In this document: piece by piece, positions 59,744-64,000 of the stretch
How positions within the stretch are numbered: the stretch's first letter is position 1
Layout of the letters: each line of letters opens with the position of its first letter
Source: Macrostomum lignano
Lineage: Eukaryota
Direction of reading: 5' to 3'
Assembly (NCBI GenBank): GCA_002269645.1
Contig: NIVC01000525.1
Location: 511,539 to 575,538 of the forward strand
Length of the DNA stretch: 64,000 bases
Translations under genes and position numbers: made by a program
Notes under the pieces: model-generated
What the model saw: only the letters and a program-made list of their open reading frames with translations
Database searches by the model: none
What the model was told of the DNA's origin: nothing

Positions 59744-62032
59744 ATGCAGCATCGGAGCCTGCAAATTAGCGGCATTTTGGCGAGTTTTGCCGAGGGCACC
59801 ACTGTCCATGGCATCGGCAGGCTGAGCCAGGGCCCCTCGGTCAAGAGGCTGCTGTGGTGCTGCATCGTGACCGCGGCCTGTGTGGGATTCAGTTTGCACC
59901 TGTCCGAGGTTGTGCAGCACTACCTGTCTTATCCCGTTGGCACCGAGTTTCTTGCCGACGAAGAGAATTTCCAGTTTCCCGACGTCACTTTCTGTCCGAC
60001 TAATCTGATCTCGGATGACTACGGGCACGACCCGGTGCCCAGCAACTACAGCCTGCCAGGTGAGTTGGGGAATGGCTTTGATGATATTTTGGTAAACCTA
60101 TGGGAATGAGCGGAATCCCTTTAGGAACTTTTTGAAACCTTTGGGAGTCTTAGGGAAGCCTTAACAACCATCGGGACCTTAAGCCTGAAGGCTTAAGAAC
60201 CTTCAGAATCTCAGGAAAATGTCCAGGGAGTGGCTTCAGGATCTCAGGACAGGTCAGGGAGTGGCTTCATGATCTCAGGACAGGTCAGGGAGTGGCTTCA
60301 GGATCTCAGGACAGGTCAGGGAGAGAGTAGCTTCAGGATCTCAGGGACAGGTCAGGGAGTGGCTTCAGGACCTCAGGGACAGGTCAGGGAGTGGCTTCAG
60401 GATCTCAGGGACAGGTCAGGGAGTGGCTTCAGAACCTCAGGGACAGGTCAGGGAGTGGCTTCAGAACCTCAGGGACAGGTTAGGGAGTGGCTTCAGGATC
60501 TCAGGGACAGGTCAGGGAGAGAGTGGCTTCAGGATCTCAGGACAGGTCAGGGAGTGGCTTCAGGATTATAGGGACAAGTCAGGGAGAGAGTGGCTTCAGG
60601 ATCTCAGGACAGGTCAGGGAGTGGCTTCAGGATCTCAGGGACAGGTTAGGGAGTGGCTTCAAGATCTCAGGGACAGGTCTGGGAGTGCCTTCAAGATCTC
60701 AGGGACAGGTCAGGGAGTGGCTTCAGAACCTCAGGGACAGGCTATGGTAAGAATTAACCGTGAACTATTAAATAAACCTATGCATCGAACCATGCAAGCC
60801 ACGACAGGTTTCTCTTCAGCATGATTTAAGACTTGGCCCGTTTCTACTTGCAACTCTCGGTGCCGATCGAGAACGCGTCGGTGCCCCGCATCGGCTTCAG
60901 CGCCTACGCTGACGTTAGTCTGGCGTTGAAGAACTTCTCCTACAGGGGCAAGTACTTCCAGAAGCCGTACGAGACTTTCATTTACTGTCGGTTCAACTCC
61001 GCCCGTGCGACTTCCGGAAATTCACAGTATACAAGGATGAGCAGAGGTGACTGGCTGACTCAATGGGTGCCAAGAGTGACAGAGGGGCTGCAAGGAACCA
61101 CAGGGAATCCCATCCCAATAAAAATGAAACCTATTCGTAAAGCCAAGAAGCGTTCCACAGTCAATTGCGTCGCCCCAGAGTCGGTTCAGAGGTAAAATTG
61201 GAAAGAAGTGACTTTGAAACGACTCTAACATGACGAGCATGCCACGGTACAAGTCGTCAAAGAGTCGCCCAAGAATCTATTTGAAGCGTTTTTTATCGTC
61301 TGCGACCTTGAAGCGACTCTGGGTCGATGGTATAACGTCTCAAACTCTGGGCAGTAGAGTCGATCTGAGGCGTGCCGCGGAGTCGCTGTAGAGTCACTGA
61401 TTTGTGTTTGAAGCGCGTTTGCGTCGCTTGATAAATCAGATTCATCTCTAGCGAAAGTTCAGCGTTCAACACAACGATTCTTGGACGACTCTTTCACGAT
61501 TCTACAGCTCACAACTCACGTGACGCGCTTGTGACGCAACAGTCGGTCGCCTCTCCGTCGCATTAGACGCGTTTGAGTCGTTAAAAAGTCGCAAGAGCCG
61601 CCCCAGAGTCACTACAGAGTTGTTTTCAATTACTCTATAGCGATTCTGGTCATGGTAACGCTTTTAACGGGCAGGAGTGACCGGTCATTCCAGAAGAAGT
61701 CATTCCAGGAGTACACTCTTGGATCTCGTAGATTACTATTTTTATCATTGTATTTTCGATATAAGCTCGCATTTCAATTTAGATTTGGACATCAGATATT
61801 CGAAGTTTTCATTCCAAATTACGAGCAAAAATTCGAATTCAGCGTGCCAGCAACCCATCTAAAACCTCCCAGGTTTCTCTGCATGACTATCAAGACAAGA
61901 AATCGAACAGTTGTTCGTGCAGGCAGCGGAAACGGGTTGTACGCCTTGCTGATGAGCAAGTCGCGATCGTTCCTGACCGAAAAGAGCAGATTGACTATGT
62001 GCCCGGCTTTTCCATGGCGCTGCACAAAACAG
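59744..62032 (+). CDS. DEG/ENaC (amiloride-sensitive sodium channel family) subunit, 5' part; exons 59744-60059, ~60831-61046, 61873-62032; two apparent frameshifts
   Basis: FAEGTTVHGIGRL (HG motif), TM1 RLLWCCIVTAACVGFSLHL, HYLSYP, FPDVTFCPTN, YCRFNS, AGSGNGL and PGFSMALH. Confidence 0.8.
60222..60742. repeat. 31-34-bp minisatellite (CAGGGAGTGGCTTCAGGATCTCAGGGACAGGT), ENaC intron 1
   Basis: About 16 direct units. Confidence 0.95.
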
Positions 62033-62038
62033 GTAATC

Positions 62039-62700
<662 letters not shown>

Positions 62701-64000
62701 GCACTATCCCTTAATCCCGTGAGAAAAGAGCAAACCAGCATCGGGCAAAGCACACAAAGTTTACTTGCTCTGATTTCCAATTCAGAACTCCAGGTGAGAG
62801 ATTAGGGATTCTGTGCTAAAAAACTGAAAACCTGTCTCACTCATCCAGCGATAATTGCAAGACCTACCATTGTAGCGTCCTTCTGCGTGTGCTTTAGCTG
62901 TCCATGCCTAAACCTGTCTCTTATTATAGCTATTATATTTGTTTAAAAAATCCTTAAAATGTTTATCCACGCTACTTAAAGTACGAGAACCAGCATATAG
63001 CAAGCTCTTTTTGCGGCCGATTTGTTTTAGCAGCACTGAATCTGTTTCGCGAGTCGCTGAGTTGCGGACTTTTATATATTATTTTCTATTTTCTTTGCCA
63101 AACTATGGAACCAAAATTTATTTTGCCTAGTTATAAATAAAAATCATTCATTCTGAACTAAAAAACTCTCTCTTCTGGAAGACAAACCAGTCTGGTATTT
63201 AGCCAAAAGAAAACATGTTCGACTTCTGTTCTCCCGGTTCCGCCGGGTGGAGAGTGTGCGAGGGGAATCTCTCTCTAGTTTCTCCCATGCAGTCCCCAGT
63301 TCTCTTCGTCTAGCTTCCCAAGCCTCTAAAGCTCGTTTCCCCGCGGACGAAGGCAATGGGATTAAAAAAATGGGGTAGCCAAGTCCAAGCAACGGGAGCA
63401 CGAAGGAGGGATTTCGGCTCACCCGCTTGAGCTGGAGGGGTGGAGAATATTCGGAGGCTAGCCATGCAGAAGGAAGACCCTGACTCAGGCCTGAGCACCG
63501 CCTCTCCAGCCAGCCCTACCTTTTCTCGGGAGGAGGGGGTGGAGGGAAGGGGCAGAGGCTTCGTGAGCGCCATCCCAGCTCCTGCTCACAGTAAGAAGGG
63601 GATCCAGTAGCCATAGGTATACAGACAGAGAGCGCCATATCAGCTGCGAGGGTTGGGGTGTGGGAGGTGCCGGGAAGACGCTCGGCGAGGAGAAGGAGAA
63701 GAAAAAATCTGGCGGGTGGGGCCGAGCCTTTTAGACCGGCAGCCAGGAACCGCCGCCCTCTACCCCCGGTCTCTCTCTCCCGTCCTTGCTCATTCCAGAC
63801 CAGTCACCGCCAGTCTCAGCATCCGCCATCAACCCCCCCCTCTCTATGCTCTCCAGCTGCAGTGAGAGCAGTTTGGCACCCGCTGGCTGTCTGGCTCCTC
63901 CCGCAGCTCCCCTCCCCTAGGGAAGTCAGCAGAAGTACAGAAGAGCAGGGAGCAGAGATAAGCTTTGAGTGAGACAGAGGAGAGCGGCGAGGCGACTGTA

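Noticed and set aside
61200-61640. Region with many AGAGTCG/CGACTCT motifs in both orientations (foldback-like element)
   Set aside because: Termini and TSD could not be defined.
63140-64000. GC-richer terminal block with short ORFs and a 13-bp match (RRFLAA) to 28283-28295
   Set aside because: No recognisable domain; the short match may be chance, and the element is cut by the window edge.

Overview
Repeat-rich animal genomic DNA with spliced genes, GT-AG introns and interstitial (CCCTAA)n. The intron and minisatellite style would fit a flatworm such as Macrostomum, but that is inference only. Five host genes can be modelled: an M3A oligopeptidase A-like gene (minus strand, runs off the left edge), an IL-17-like secreted cystine-knot ORF (minus), ZC3H15 (plus, complete), an N-terminal PDZ / Q-rich gene (plus) and a DEG/ENaC channel gene (plus, partial, apparent frameshifts). 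Nearly every intron carries its own tandem repeat. The rest is a densely nested transposon landscape whose junctions can be read from target-site duplications (TSDs): two TSD-bounded RTE-type LINEs, three deleted Gypsy LTR elements, a solo LTR, a Penelope-like element, a MULE, several MITEs and a head-to-tail Helitron-like array. Most notable are two candidate self-cleaving ribozymes (an HDV-like core at the RTE 5' end and a minimal hammerhead downstream of the Penelope ORF), the intron-specific minisatellites, a CpG-free domain with direct CpG-decay evidence, and the atypical IL-17-like protein. All analysis was by eye; no searches were run.
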